Assembly (NCBI GenBank): GCA_043228905.1
Contig: JBHGNT010000005.1
Span: 8,618,001-8,682,000 of the forward strand
Origin: Azolla caroliniana
Taxonomy: Eukaryota > Plantae > Polypodiophyta
Reading direction: 5' to 3'
DNA length: 64,000 nt
Below, piece by piece: positions 47,468 through 61,856 of the stretch. Each line of letters starts with the position of its first letter. Positions within the stretch are counted from its first letter, which is position 1. The notes beneath the pieces were generated by a model. It searched no databases. It had not been told where the DNA came from and saw only the letters and a program-made list of their open reading frames with translations. The translations under genes were made by a program, and so were the position numbers.

Positions 47468-49939
47468 GGAAAATCTTGGTTGTGTACATCAAAAGAACAC
47501 AAGAAGTCTAAATACTAGCTTACATCAAGCTCTCACTATACAAGACATTTGTAAGCTTCAAGAGAAAAAAATAGTTTTGCTTGGGATAAACTTTCAGTTT
47601 GGTGTAGCACAAGTCTCTTATAGATTTAGCTTATATTGATTTAGCTCAGAGTGCAAGATCGAGAATAGTTGCATGCCATTTTTGGCAATACAATCTCTTA
47701 CATGTTACCATTAGAATCAAATGGAAGTTAGGGATAATGATAATCAGCTTTATCTCTGAGAGTACATATAAATTTCTTTATAACATTTGGTCATTGATGG
47801 CCGTGAAGTCTTGAATGTTCATAATTTTGGAAATTTTTTAATTTTTGCTTTGCTATTTTAAATAGACTTGAAGCATTGATGGTATGTAATTATGAACTAG
47901 GTCAATCAAGAAACTCATGCAGCACACAAATGATGCCGGTGTATTTGCTCATGATTGAATTAATTGATGAAATATGATTCTTTCAATAAATCTACCAGTA
48001 TCACCAACTTGACAACACCTTAACATGTCTTGGGACAAACACAAAAATTGGATGTTTGTTTTTGGGATATTGTCTTGTTCCGAGGTTAATAACATTAAAC
48101 TGCAATGATAATTAGTTTCTCACATGTAAAGTTGGTCTATATTGTGTAAGTTATCATGTCTTATTGCTATGATATCAATATTAATTTGTGGTGACAAATT
48201 CCCCAAAGAGGAGACCCCCAATTTTATAAACAGAACATACATAAGATTAAGCAGCCTTCATGCGTTGATGAAGAGTAATAATAGAAATTTGTAACTCAGG
48301 TATTATCTTGAAGGATTCTGATTTCTAGATGTCTCATTATCTTAGAAGCTCTATTGAGTTTTTAATGAATGAAAGTCGAATCAAATTTAAGGTTTAGACA
48401 CATGATGTTTTTGGCAGTGAAACTCATGAAGGCCTGCATGCTAGAGCCATAGATTTTAGCTAAATTAATAACATTGATGTAGACCTTTGCAAGCTCTGCT
48501 TGATCTTGGTTAATCCTAGATTAATGGTATGTGCCATGTTTCACATGCATATCCTATACTCTTGTTCCTAGAAACATCTTTGTCTCATAAATAGCAATTG
48601 AACTAATTATAGAATGAAAAACTACAATGGATGGGGTTGCGATGTTGACTCCCATTGTATCCCTTAGCACTTAAATTCTTTGGATATACCTATTTAGTCT
48701 TGTTATCTAATTGCGAATGCATATGGTAAACATGATAACCTACAAATATCTAAGTGACTTGGGTTAGCTTTCCAAAAGTCTATGTAATAAGGAGAACTAA
48801 CGTTCTATATGCCTTCTAAGCATTGAATGTCTTTAAACTCCATACTGAGCATAAAAAACAAAAGCACTTTTGCTTAATCTAGTTATGCCATAATCAATAG
48901 TAGTAGAGAATCTCAAACACAAATTGGAAGTACAAACAATGCAATCCAACCTCATCATGAGCATACACCCTTTGAAAAGGGGATTTTGATACCCATGTTG
49001 AAGAAGCCCATGTTGTTGATATAAACATCCAAATAGATCTTGCTACTTGACAACTAATAAACCATAGAGATTGTGTCCCTCTACAATTGTACAAAAATTA
49101 CACATGTTTGAAATGACATTTCAAGCAAATTGACTATTAGAGGTAATTCCTTCTAAATGAAAAGCTTTGTTATGAAAGGAACATAAGATTCATCCTAATA
49201 ACACCATATTGTGCCACCAACTATTGGGCCTCTTGATTTGCCATTCTTTGTTAATGTGGTTTATTATCAATGTGTGCTAACTACTAATAAGGTGGCGGGT
49301 GATACACCCATTTGTTCCACGCTTGCTTGAACAATGTGTTGGCGATGTAACTAGCGCTCATACGTTCTTGAGATGGGTTCTTTGCTTCTTGCCCTCCACA
49401 TATTCACATTCGCCAACATGCATAATACCCTTGTGTTTTTTAAGAGGGTCTTACATTATGCTATCAATAGAAATGTGATAAGTGTTCTCATGGAACTTTG
49501 TGGGCCTTGGACAACCTTGACTTACAAGAGGGGTTATTCCAATGTCCTCTTCCTTGGCACAACTGAAGATTCTTGTCTTGGAATTGCATAGTCTTCCTTA
49601 GGCAAGTTTCTCACTCTATTAGTTTTGTCTCATGTCTCAAAGTGTTTGCATTATTAAGGGTTACGTAATTGACATTAGCTTCTAGTTCATGTGAGCGGCT
49701 TTCTTTTGTCAATGTTGTTGTTGCCTTCCTCTCAAGCTATTTTTGTAGGAAATATCAAATTGTAGAGAGACAAAGAGATAGATAGGTCTAATTATAAACT
49801 TTAGACGTCGAACATGGCTTATGACACAAAAAATATAACATTTTCACATAATACATGTGAAAGTGAGTAAGACTCTCAATGTTCAGGTTGAAGCTTTAAT
49901 GGAAGCTCTATTACGTTCTTTGTCTCTATCTTAGAGACT

Positions 49940-52900
49940 CAATATACTATATGATCAAGTGATCCCTTCTTTACAATGTTTGGTTATCGCTTATATACTA
50001 TATGTACGAGTTCACACTAGAATACAGAGTGGAGGGAGTCAACCTTTTATGCCAACAAACTCCCCTGTAAAAGGACAACTCTTTCCTACATGTACATGTG
50101 TTTGGGGTTGTCTCCCCCGTAAACTTAGATTACAACACTAATCTAAATTTATGTTACAAGTCGGTCGGCATGTAGTCAAGTCGGCATAGGTGAGGTCCGT
50201 GTCGAGCCTAGCATGGTTCATTATCATGATTAATTCGTTCGACCCTTACCTTCTGCTCCTCGTTCGGCTTTCTTCTACTCGGTCACTTGTCGTAGTCCCG
50301 TCTTTGTCCTTAGTGCTCCGAAGCGTTGATCTGGGAGTGGCTTTGCCAGACAATCAACGATGTTTACCTCGGTGTCGATCTTCCGGACTTCGAGCCTCTT
50401 CTCAGTTATAAGCTCCCGGATGTGATGATACCGTACCTCAATGTGCTTCATCTTTGCGTGATAGACGAGATTGTTAATGAGGTGAATTGCGCTCTACGAG
50501 TTGCAATAGATGGTTGGCATTGGTCGGTCGATTCGGCTTGTAGATGAGAAGTTGACAGACAGTCGGTGCAACAAGATCACTTCCTTCGCTGCCTTCACTA
50601 CTGTTATGTACTCGGCCTCTATGGTCGACATGGACGTGCACTCTTGAAGCTTCGACCTCCATGATATTGCACTGCCACCATAGGTGAAAATATAGCATGA
50701 TATCGATTTCCGATTGTTCGTGTTCCCGGCATAGTCGGAATCGGTGTAGCCTTGGACTTGAGCTGAGGTTGTCAGTCTGAAAGTCAGTTGTGCATCCATG
50801 GTTCCTTTCATATACCTAAGGATGTGCTTGACAACCTCCCAATGCTTCCGTCCTGGGTTTGACATGTACCGGTTGACCACCCCCACAACATGGGCTAGGT
50901 TGGGTGGGTCACCACCATTGCGTACATGATACTTCCTACAGCCGATGCGTAGGGCATCTTTCCATTAAGTTCTCTCTCCTTGTCTGTTGAAGGAGAGTCT
51001 CTGTCCGATAGTAGGCTTGACGTCGGAAGTGGTGTTGATGCTGACTTCGCATTCTGCATGTTGAAGTGCCTCAACAACTTCCGAATATAGTCGAATTGGG
51101 AGAGTTGGAGGGTCTTGGTCGTCCAATTTCGCTTGATCCTCATGCCCAGTATGTGACAGGCTTGTCTGAGTTCCTTCATCACGAACTTGTCGTGAAGGCT
51201 CCACTTCAACTTTCCAATTTCTGCTTGATTGCTTCCTGCCATCAACATGTCGTCGACGTATAGGATCAGATAAATCCTAGACTCGTCGGCCAGTTGCTGA
51301 ATATACATGCATGGGTTGGAGTCGGATCAACAATATCCAAGTTGCCTGATGTAGGAGTCAAACTTCTTGCACCACATCTTCGGTGCTTGTTTCAAGCCAT
51401 AGAGGCTTTTCTTCAGTCGACATACGAGGTGACTTTCCTCCTCCGTCATCGTGAAGCTTGCTGGTTGAGACATGTAAATGTCTTCTTCTAGATCCCCGTG
51501 TAGGAATGTCTTCTTTACATCCATTTGCTCGAGCTCCAGGTCTTCTGTCGCTACAATGCCTAGTAGGAGTCAAAGGGTGGTCATCTTGACTACTGGTGAG
51601 AATATCTCGTCGTAATCGACCCCGTGTTCTTGTTTGAAACCTTTCGCGACAAGCCAAGCTTTGTACTTGGGTTTCTTTGAGTCAAATACATGTTTGTATT
51701 GGAAAACCCATTTGCAAGGTAGCGGCTTCCTTCTAGCTGGTAGTTCAACCAACTCCCATGTTTGATTCTTGTGAATCGAGTCCATTTCGGATTTCATGGC
51801 TTGTAGCCATGTTTCGGCGTCCGTTGCGGCCATAACTTCCTCATAAGTGCTTCATTCGCCTGCATCAGTGTAGTTGATGTAGTCGAGGCCTAGTTGAACA
51901 AACTCTGTTGGCCTTCGAGCTCATCCAAATCTCCTAGGTGTCGAGATAAGTGGTTCAGATTCTTCGATCGACTCAGTTGGGCAATCGGTATTTGTTGAAC
52001 CATTTGTGTCAGGAGTCTTGTTAGGTGACCCTCCCCGAAGTCGGGATTTCGGTGGTATCACGTTGTCCTCACCTATGGACTTTGTCGACTCGATTCTGTT
52101 TCCTGCTTGCATCTTGTTGACTTTGCCTGTTTCAACTCTTGTCGAACCGGCTTTGTCGTTGATGGCTTTGTCTTCAAATTCGTCTAGTGGACTTTCTACC
52201 GATTCGGAGTTGACATGTATGTTGTCGGCTTGGTCGAGTTCGACTGTTTGTGGAATCTCTGAGTCGGCTTGGTGGGTTGGTTCTTCTATGACAACTCTGT
52301 CGTCTTCGAAGGATACCTTCTTACCAACTGTTCTTTGCTAGTTCCACTGAGAGAAGATAGATTCTTCATTGAAGACTACGTCAATGCTCCAGATCAATTT
52401 CCGGTTCTTAGGGTTCCATAGCCTATAGCCAAATTCCCCATCGGTTCCATAACCGAGAAATATGCATTTTGTTGCATGGGGTGCCAAATTTCTCCTTGTA
52501 TCCCTAGGGATGAACGCGTAGGCTTCGCATCTGAATATACGGAGCCTATCGTAGGTCGGTCGTTTGCTTGACCATAGTGCATGTGGCACTTCGAGCCTGA
52601 TTGCTCTTGACGGCGCCAGATTTATCAGGTATACTGTTGTATGCAATGCTTCTACCCAGAATTCCAGCTTCAGTCCAGCTTGTTGGAGCATTGTCGTCAC
52701 CCTCTCCTGGATCGTTCTATTGATCCGTTCTACCACTCCATTTTGCATGAGTGTGTAGGGAACAATCTTTTGATGTCAGGTCCCTGTGTTGGACAGGTAC
52801 TGTTTGAAGGCTCTGGAGGTGTACTCACCTCCATTGTCGGATCTGAGTGTCTTCAGTCTGTGTCCCGACCGGTTCTCCACTTCAGATGTCCACCGAGTGA

Positions 52901-54606
52901 AGACCTCGAGCGCTTCGTCATTGGACCTGATCGAGTAGGCCCAAACCTTCCGTGTACAGTCATCTACAAAGGTGATGGAGTACCAGGAGCCTCCTAGTGA
53001 TCGCTCTGGCATGGGCCCACATATATCTGTGTACAAGCTCTAGGGGTTTTCATATCGTCTCGTAGTGGAGTGTGTTCGGACTTCGGGTTTGTTTCCCGTA
53101 TCGAAAATGCTCGCAGAAGTCTGTCTTTGCTTGGAGTTTGGGGATGTAGACGACTGCCATCAGTCGATCAAGTCTGGCTTGAGACATGTGATCGAGTCGG
53201 CAATGCTATAAGTTTGGGTCGGTCTTTTCAGCTACGTTCACGGTCCCTTCTGGATTGATCGCCATCATTGGGTACAAGTTATTATACTTGTGCCTGCCTC
53301 CTATCTTCAGGTTTCCTCGGTTGATCATCCATATCGACTCATTTAGAGTCGTTTGGTACCCGTCTTCGGCTAGCATGCCGATGGAAACCAGACTCCTTTT
53401 CAAATAAGGTACATACCGAACTCGGTGTAGAGTTATTGTGTTGCCATTTGGCAATCGGATGGGAACCTCTCCGGTCCTTGCTATTCTACACTCCTACTCG
53501 TTTCCTAGTCGGACTGTGCTGCTGGCGTCGGTTAAATAATTTGAAAACCATTTGATGTTGGGGGTCGCATGGAATGTGGCACCGGAATCCAGTAGCCACG
53601 TGTGTGCATCCTGTGCACTGTAGAGGATTTCTCCGATCACTGAATCCTCTAAGGAGAGAATTTCTCCTGATCAGGTGTCAGCAACATTGATTTGGTTGCC
53701 TGTAGGGGAGTGGTCCGAGTCGGGTCGTCCTCGGTTCCACCGGGATCTCCGGCCACTCTCTTTTCTCTTGATCGACCAACAATCGGAAACATTGTGGCCA
53801 ACTTTTCTGTAGTGTGCAGAATTTGCCTGATCAGCCCGTTCTCGACTTTGATCATTGTCGATCTCCCCTCGATTTTGATCGGTTGGTATTCCGACTTGTT
53901 TTGTTGGCTTGTTCTCTCGTTCGACTTTGTCGGTCGAACAACTCGGTCGAGTGATGGGCTTCTGCCGATTCATCGATGGTAAGTCCCATCGATTTTCGCC
54001 AAATGTCCTCGGTGAGGACTTGGCGATCGTCTCATCCAGATTTAGGATTGATCGACTATTGGCGTATGTCGTACAGAATACCTCCCAACTCGCCGGCAAG
54101 CTCGATAGGAGGGCAAGGGTTTTCACTTCTTCGTCGATGTTGATCCCTTGTGAGGAGAGTTCTGAGAACACCCAGCTGAAGGTGTTGATGTGAGAGGTAG
54201 CCGGATCAGTCTCTCTCATCTTCATGTTGAAGAGTTGTTTGATCAAGATCAGTTTTGAAGATGAGGACTTTTTCTCATACACGGCTTGTAGTTTCTCCCA
54301 CAATGAGAACATCGTCGTCTCTTTTGCCATGTTGAAGTAGACATTTTCGGCTAGGTCATTCTAATGGTGGAGCGTGCGATTTCGTCCATTGATCTCTCCA
54401 CTCATCGACTGACATTGAAGCAGGATTTTTGGAGTGTCTAATGGCCTTGACCTGTCTTCGGATCTCAACTCTTGTATTGGATGTTGATGCCATGATTCTT
54501 TTGAAAGTGAAATTTGCTAACCTCATGGTCTTTTCCCATTCAACTTTTTTATTTTGTTGTTTGTTGCCGTCGAGCCGTGGATCGCTCTGATACCCGTTGC
54601 TGCGTA
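49940..54606 (-). mobile_element. Ty1/copia E, degenerate; its 5' LTR is interrupted by gypsy G
   Basis: Gag start about 54493 (MASTSN). PR, INT, RT and RH fragments run down to a stop at about 50246. PPT at about 50059-50066, 3' LTR edge at 50056 (far edge not defined), and PBS-like GGTATCAGAGC at about 54584-54594. Confidence 0.88.
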
Positions 54607-55392
54607 TGTCATGATATGGCAAGCGTCAAACCCATGACCTTATGTTACATGGGTCGAGCTCTTGACCATTAGACTATATGTTGTAATACGAAGGATATTA
54701 TTTTGATTTAAGTTTTACTATAGAAAATTGATGTATATTCCAAATTTCTCTGGAACATTCTAGAAACTTCAAGAGTACTCCTGAGAACATTATAAAAGGA
54801 GGCACAAGGCATTATTTCGAACCAAATCGGTTCAACGCCAGTCTTAAGCCTCCTAGCTACTATTATGGCATGACCATATAATATCCCGCGGTGAGAATTT
54901 ACCGTAGTATTCTATACACGTGGATAAGTGTGAGGGTTAAAACGAAAGTGTAAAGAAGGGGAGGATTACTTTTAATCCTCGGGATTGAGACAACCCATTA
55001 GGCCAAGTGTGAACTTGACTAGGGGCCTTGGGTATCGCTATAAATAAGAGGGCTAGCTACCCTCATTTGATCATCTGGTTGACTACGTCGAGACTCTGTC
55101 TTGTGGTGGGTCAACTCTTGTAGCGAGCATGCCAACACCAAGTACGACTCGACACAATGGCGGTGGTATGGGACGTCGATCGAGCCTCGAGCCCGTCTCA
55201 ATCCCTTTGCCCGAAGGTGGTCGGGTGGATCGACACCCTTCTTTCTCTCTCTCCTTTCTATCTATCAATCTATATTCTATCCTTATCTAATGCTTACATT
55301 AGTGCATGTATTTAACAACTACTATTGTATATTCTCTTAACATAATATATATATCTTGTATAATCATTCTCTCTCACACACACACTCACTCA

Positions 55393-55953
55393 TGTGGAGA
55401 ATATGCGGAATAATCTTCGGCCACAACCGAGACTTAGATCACTTAATGATAATCAAACACACACAAAAGGAAAATGGAAGTAAGTACACAAATAGAAGAG
55501 AATGCACAGGATGTTAACGTGGAAAACCCTAAATGGGAAAAACCACGGGAGTCCACAAACTCCAACTATCACTATGTCGAGAAGAATACAACAGGTAAAC
55601 ACAGAGGCAACTACCTCTTGCTCACACACTTCGCCTGACAGCGGTTACAACAGAGACTTACTTTGTTTCCCTCTCTCGCTCTCTATTACACTATGTACAA
55701 CAGTTGTACACTCGATAACTCTAATGATACACAAGGAATGACCAACACCCATAAGTGTTTGCCCTAGTTCATATATATACTAATATTCATAGGACTATTT
55801 ACAGATATAGCCACAATGGGTCCTCAGAAACATATTTACCTATATGTCCCTTCATCCGGTGAGAGGTTCTCACCAGGCCTGCATCATCCGGTTCTCACCG
55901 GGTCTTCCTTGTCGGGTACCCATATCCCATCCGCAGGGACTGAAATCCTAACA
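55393..55953 (-). repeat. 3' LTR of copia F (561 bp)
   Basis: Direct repeat of 59965-60523, adjacent to the PPT. Confidence 0.95.
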
Positions 55954-58900
55954 AACTCCCCCTTCACTACGGTATGGGATGCCTCTTCAGTCCGATCCGC
56001 TTCTGGCATGCATCCAGCTTGTCGGGTGTCAGCACTTTGGTCAGCATATCCGACCCGTTCTCCTCCGCGTGGATCTTCGTCAGCATGAACTCTCGATCTT
56101 CTACTCACTCCCGGATCTAGTGGTACCTCCGTTGGATGTGCTTCGTCCTGGAATGATAGGTTGCGTTCTTCGCAAGGTGGATGGCACTTTGACTATCGCA
56201 ATAGAGCTGGTATTCCTCTTGCTGGATCCCTAGCTCTTCGATGAAGTTCTTCATCCATAGTATTTCCTTGCCAGCTTCCACAACCGCCATGTACTCCACC
56301 TTCGTGGTTGACAACGCATCCATCTTCTGCAGCCTCAACTGCCACGAAATAGCTCCCCCCGCATATGTCATAACATATCCCAATGTTGATTGGTTGGTAT
56401 CCGCATCAGCCGACATATCCAAATCGGTGAAACTGTCAAGTTGGGTTTTACCGAAGCCGAATCGGAGACACGTACTTGAGGTGCCTTACAAGTACCGGAG
56501 TATCCATTTTACCGCATTCTAGTGCTCCTTGCCGGGATTGCTCATAAACCAGCTCACCACTCCAACTACGTATCCGATATCCGGTCGGGTACACACCATT
56601 GCATACATTAAGCTCCCGACGGCAGAGGCATATGGTATCGTCATCATATCTGCCTTCTGTGCCTTCGTCTTCGGGCTTTGCTTACCGAATAACTTGCAGT
56701 TTGCCGGGAGTGTCGATCCGACTAGTTTCACATCTGACATGTTGAACCGCTGAAGCACCTTTGTCACGTATTTCTCCTGTGACAGCCACAATTGCTTCTT
56801 TGACCGGTCCCGGATGATATGCATCCCTAGTATCTATCTTGCCAGACCCAAGTCTTTCATTGAGAAGGTTCGGTTCAGAGCCTTCTTCAGCATCCGTATC
56901 TTGACTTGGTCTCGTCCGACGATCAACATATCGTCCACGTACAGGAGGAGTATCAAGAAGTCTCCTCCTTCGAACTTCTTCACAAATACGCAATGATCGG
57001 CCTGCGTCTTGTGGTACCCTTGATCGGTCATGAAGGAGTCGAACTTCCGGCTTTTCTTCAACCGGAAAACCAGGTGCTCCTTCCCTTTCTTCACAAATCC
57101 CCTCTTCGAGGTCGCCGTGGAGGAACGTCGTCTTCACGTCTAACTACTCTACCTCGAGGTCCATGCTTGCCATTATGCTTAGCACCGTCCGGATGGAAGT
57201 CATCTTTACTATCGGGGCAAATATCTCATCGAAGTCTACGCCCTTCTTCTGTTGGAACCCCTTCACCACGATCCTAGCTTTGTATCTTGGGGGGTTGCCG
57301 GCATCTCCAGGTTTCAACTTGTACACCCACTTATTCCGGAGTGCCCGCTTTCCTTTTGGCAACTCCACCAGTTCATACGTGTGGTTCTCATGCAGGGAAT
57401 CCATCTCGTCCTACATGGCACTTAACCACTTGCGGCTATGGCTGTCTTCCCTCGCTTCTTTGAAGCTTTCCGGCTCCCCCTCATCAGTTAGCAACATGCG
57501 CTCTGCATCCGGAAATCTCTGGGGGGGCCTTCTCTCTCTGAGAGGATATCTACGTCTTTGGTTTACGGCAACCGGCTCCTCTGTTTGTTCTTCATCCGAA
57601 TCCGATTTGGGATCTTGGCCAGTTCCTGCTTCCTCTTCTTCTTTTGTTTCCTCTCTGTAACCAGTCGGTTCTTCGAGTGTCAACCGGCTCTTAGCCGGGT
57701 AGGTCCGTATCTCACCGAACCGATCCTTACCGGTCGACTCGGAGTTCATTATCTTCTTCTCCGACTCCCGGTCGGCAAGGGTCTTGTCCTCCATGAAGAT
57801 AATATCTCGACTCCGGAAAACCTTCCTGTCAACCGGATCCCAACATTCGGTAGCCGAACTCATCATCGCCGTATCCGAGGAATATGCAAGGCCAGGACTT
57901 TGGATCCAACTTTGCTCTCCGGTCCTTTACAACATGCACGTAAGCGAGACACCCGAAAACCTTTAGATGCCGGTAAGACACTTCCTTACCGGTCCACACT
58001 CTCTGCGGCGTGTCTCCATCCAAGGGCACTAAGGGTGATCTGTTTATCACGTACATCGTTGTCACCAGTGCCTCAGCCCAAAACGTCTTGGGTAACTTTG
58101 CATGTGCCAGCATACTCCGGACCCTCTCCATTATGGTCTGGTTCATCCTCTCGGCCAGCCCGTTTAGTTCCGACATCTTCAACACAGTAAATTCGAGCCG
58201 GATTCCCTTCGAGCGGCAATACTCCTCAAATTGCCCCCGGTATCCTCCACCGTTATCTGCTCAAACTGCCTTCAGCTTCCGGCCGGTTTCTCTTTCCAGT
58301 CTCACGTGGAGCTCCTTGAAGAAGGATAACACCTGGTCCTTCGTCTTCAACGGTGAGACCCACAGCTTCTAGTTGTGGTCGTCTATGAACGTAACGAAGT
58401 ACTGCGATCCGGCATGTGAATTCGTGTCCACTTGAAACACATCGGTATGCACCAGCTCCAGTGGTGCATTACGTCTCATCGGTGGCCTTCAGCGGAAGGA
58501 GGTTCGGTTTTACTTACCGGCCAAGTAGTCGGTGCACTTCTCAAGATGCACGTCCTTCACCGGAATAAGGTTGTCATCGGCAAGCCTCTTCATCCCCTTC
58601 TCGCTCATGTGACACTGTCTCTTGTGCCACAGCTCACCGACAGTGTCAGAAGCAACGTTCACTTCTTCCGAGCATAACCGGGCATTCATCAGGTACAATG
58701 TGTTGACTTTCCGGGCCCGAACCACTATTAGGCTCCCTTTGCTGAACTTCATAACATCGTTCCGGATGCTACACGTGTAGCCTTCATCATCTAGCCGACT
58801 GGCTGATATCAGGTTCAGTTGAACCTCCGGAATGTGTCGGACATCCTTCATCGGCAACTTGCATCCGGTTGGTGTTGTCAGCAACACGTCTCCTATGCCA

Positions 58901-59964
58901 ACAATTCGGCATATGCCTTCATTCCCCATCCGGGCACAACCGTGATCACTGGCTGTGTAGGATGAGAAGCATTTCCGGTCCGGGGTCAGGTGGAACGACG
59001 CTCCAAAATCGACAACCCATGTTGTCTCGTCACCGGCAAGGGTCAACTCACTCTCCTCAGTGATGAGCATCAACTCTTCTTCACTTGCCGCGATTGCCGT
59101 CGTTCCCTTCCGGTCCGGTCATCTCCGGTCTTTGCCATTCCTGTCCGGTGACCGCTTCGAATCGGTACTGTCAGTTTCCTTGTCTTTCCGGAAATGCCGA
59201 CAGTTCTTCTGGAAGTGCCCCGGCTTCCCACAATAGAAGCAAGTGGGCCTTCCCCTTGACTTTGACCGTGTCCCCGACTTTTCCCGGTTCTGGGGACTCC
59301 GGTTCCTTTGTCTTCCGCGTTTCGATTCGGTAAGGAGCGCTTTGGAGTCGGAGATCATATCCTTGTCTTTCCGACACGCCTCCTCATCTAGCAAGCTTGA
59401 CTTGACTCTTGCTAGGGATAATTGTTTTCCTTCCAGCCCAGCGTTGCCCAAAGTGACAACCAACGTCTCCCAACTATCCGGGAGGGAACCAAGCAGGAGC
59501 AGTGCTAGTACCTCATCGGCGAGAGGTACTTCCAACGATGTTGCTTGGTAAATCAGCCCCTGGAAGGCATTCATGTGCTCTGCCATATTGGAGCCATCTT
59601 GGTACCAGAGTCTTACTAGCTTCCGGAATACCAAAATCCGATTAACAACAATTTTATTCTGAAACATAATGCCGATCTTCTCCTAGAGCTCATGAGCCTT
59701 GCTCTCCTCATTAAAGTTGTTGTACAAGTTCATGTTGATGAAACATCGGATGTATGCCATTGTCTTCATGTGCATTACCTCCCACACCGTGGCGTCGATC
59801 TTATCAGGTCTCTTGTCCCCAAACTGAACCGGCAACCAAAGATCTTTAACCACGAGCATGTCCCTCATCTTTGACTTCCACACTGAGTAGATGGAGCCGG
59901 TGAGCTTGAACATGCCTCCCAACGAATCTTCCATTTTCTGTGTCATTTTGCTCTGATACCAAAT

Positions 59965-60523
59965 TGTGGAGAATATGCGGAATAATCTTCAGCCACAACC
60001 GAGACTTAGATCACTTAATGATAATCAAACACACACAAAAGGAAAATGGACATAAGTACACAAACAGAAGAAAATGCACAGGATGTTAACGTGGAAAACC
60101 CTAAATGGGAAAAACCACGGGATTCCACAAACTCCAACTATCACTATGTCGAGAAGAATACAACAGGTGAACACAGTGGCAACTACCTCTTGCTCACACA
60201 CTTCGCCTAGCGGCGGTTACAACAGAGACTTACTATGTTTCCCTCTCTCTCTCTATTACACTCTGTACAACAGTTACATTCAATAACTCTAATGATACAC
60301 AAGGAATGACCAACACCCATAAGTGTTTGCCCTAGTTCATATATATACTAATATGACATTAGGACTATTTATAGATATAGCCACAATGGGTCCTCAAAAA
60401 CATATTTACCTATATGTCCCTTCATCCGGTGAGAGGTTCTCATTGGTCCTGCATCATCCGGTTCTCACCGAGTCTTCCTTGTCGGGTACCCATATCCCAT
60501 CCGAAGGGACCAAAATCATAACA
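59965..60523 (-). repeat. 5' LTR of copia F (559 bp)
   Basis: Direct repeat of 55393-55953, adjacent to the tRNA-iMet PBS. Confidence 0.95.
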
Positions 60524-61730
60524 ACTCATTCCTTCTCTCGAGAGTTCTATACCTCCCTTAGTACTAATCCTCATCTTTTAGTACTAATTCCTTCTTTGTC
60601 TTAGTACTGTTCCTGACAGAACTTCTTTGTCTTAGCACTATTCCTGACAGTTTGAATCGATTTGTTCTCCTTCCTTCTCTTCCTTTATCTTCTTACTTCT
60701 CCCTCCCTTTGCACTAATCTCTTATTCCTCTTTTCTCTCATACTATGGCCACTGTTAGCGCTTAAGAATATCAATCTGTTTTTTCGGAGTTGCAATGCTT
60801 GAAAGAGAAGGTTCTCGCATTGGAACAAGAAAATCAACGACAGTTGGGGGAGCTTTAGCAAATCTCCTTAGAGAAGTAGCAGACGCAACAACAACATGGG
60901 GAACTAGCGTTATGCGTGCAACAACTCGAAGCAACCATAGTCGCGATGCAACAACAAGGACCCAGTACGCAAGGGGTTCATAAAGAACCCAAGATTGGCC
61001 TTCCCATGAAATTTGATGGAACGCGATCGCAGTTTAGAGGATTCTTTAATCATGTACGATTAGTCATTCAAATGCATCCTTCCCGATATCCCACCGATGC
61101 ATCACGAGTGGGTTTAGTAGGCACGTTGTTAAGTGGCTCAGCTTTGGCATGGTTTCGCTCTGTTGTTAGAAAAGGAATCTCCTTTACTAAACAATTTTGA
61201 AGAGTTGTTAAGTGAGTTTAAAGCCTATTTTGGAGATATTGACAACATAAGGACAACAATCAACAAAATCCGACGATTACGTCAAGGTGATCATCCAGCC
61301 TCCGCATACGCTGCAGATTTCCACCTACTCACCTCCGATACCCCTTGGGATGACCAAGCACTTATGGAGCAATTTCGTTATGGTCTACATAACCATGTCA
61401 AGGATTTACTCTTGACCTTCCCCAAAGAACCAAAGCCATTGACAGAAGCAATTAGTCGTGCGGTGAGATGCATCAACCGTCTTTTCGAATGATGTTTGGA
61501 ACATTAGTTCCAGATGCCAAGGGCAAGATCAGAGCCCACCTACGCCTCAATGGTAGCAAAACCTTTTCCAAGGGAGTCATATAATGCGTCTCCAGTGAAT
61601 ACTCCAACTCCGATGGAATTTGACACTACACGTCATCGCGGTCCATTATCAGAAGAAGAAAAGCAATGACGCTGAGCAAATAGACTATGTCTTTATTGCG
61701 GCAGACCTGGGCATATTGCAGTGAACTGTC

Positions 61731-61820
61731 TGTTGGGGACAAGGCTGTCAATGCAGAAGTGCAAGCAACATTCGTGATGAAGAAGAACCTGTGTATGCAT
61801 GAGCAAGATAGACACAGAGG

Positions 61821-61856
<36 letters not shown>

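Larger units (their letters stand above)
55393..60523 (-). mobile_element. Full-length Ty1/copia F (Tto1/Tnt1-like, 5131 bp) with a decayed ORF
   Basis: Two LTRs, perfect 5-bp TSD ACTCA (55388-55392 and 60524-60528), PBS 59950-59961, PPT about 55956-55967. Gag starts at 59946, and PR-INT-RT-RH carry stops and frameshifts. Confidence 0.97.

Noticed and set aside
54929-55378. Additional solo LTR nested within the gypsy G LTR (second TATA near 55037)
   Set aside because: Several TG...CA pairs are possible but none has a matching TSD, so it cannot be delimited.
56241-59874. Plus-strand ORFs opposite copia F (and similar ones opposite A, B and E)
   Set aside because: These are shadow ORFs of the retrotransposon coding strand with no independent motifs.
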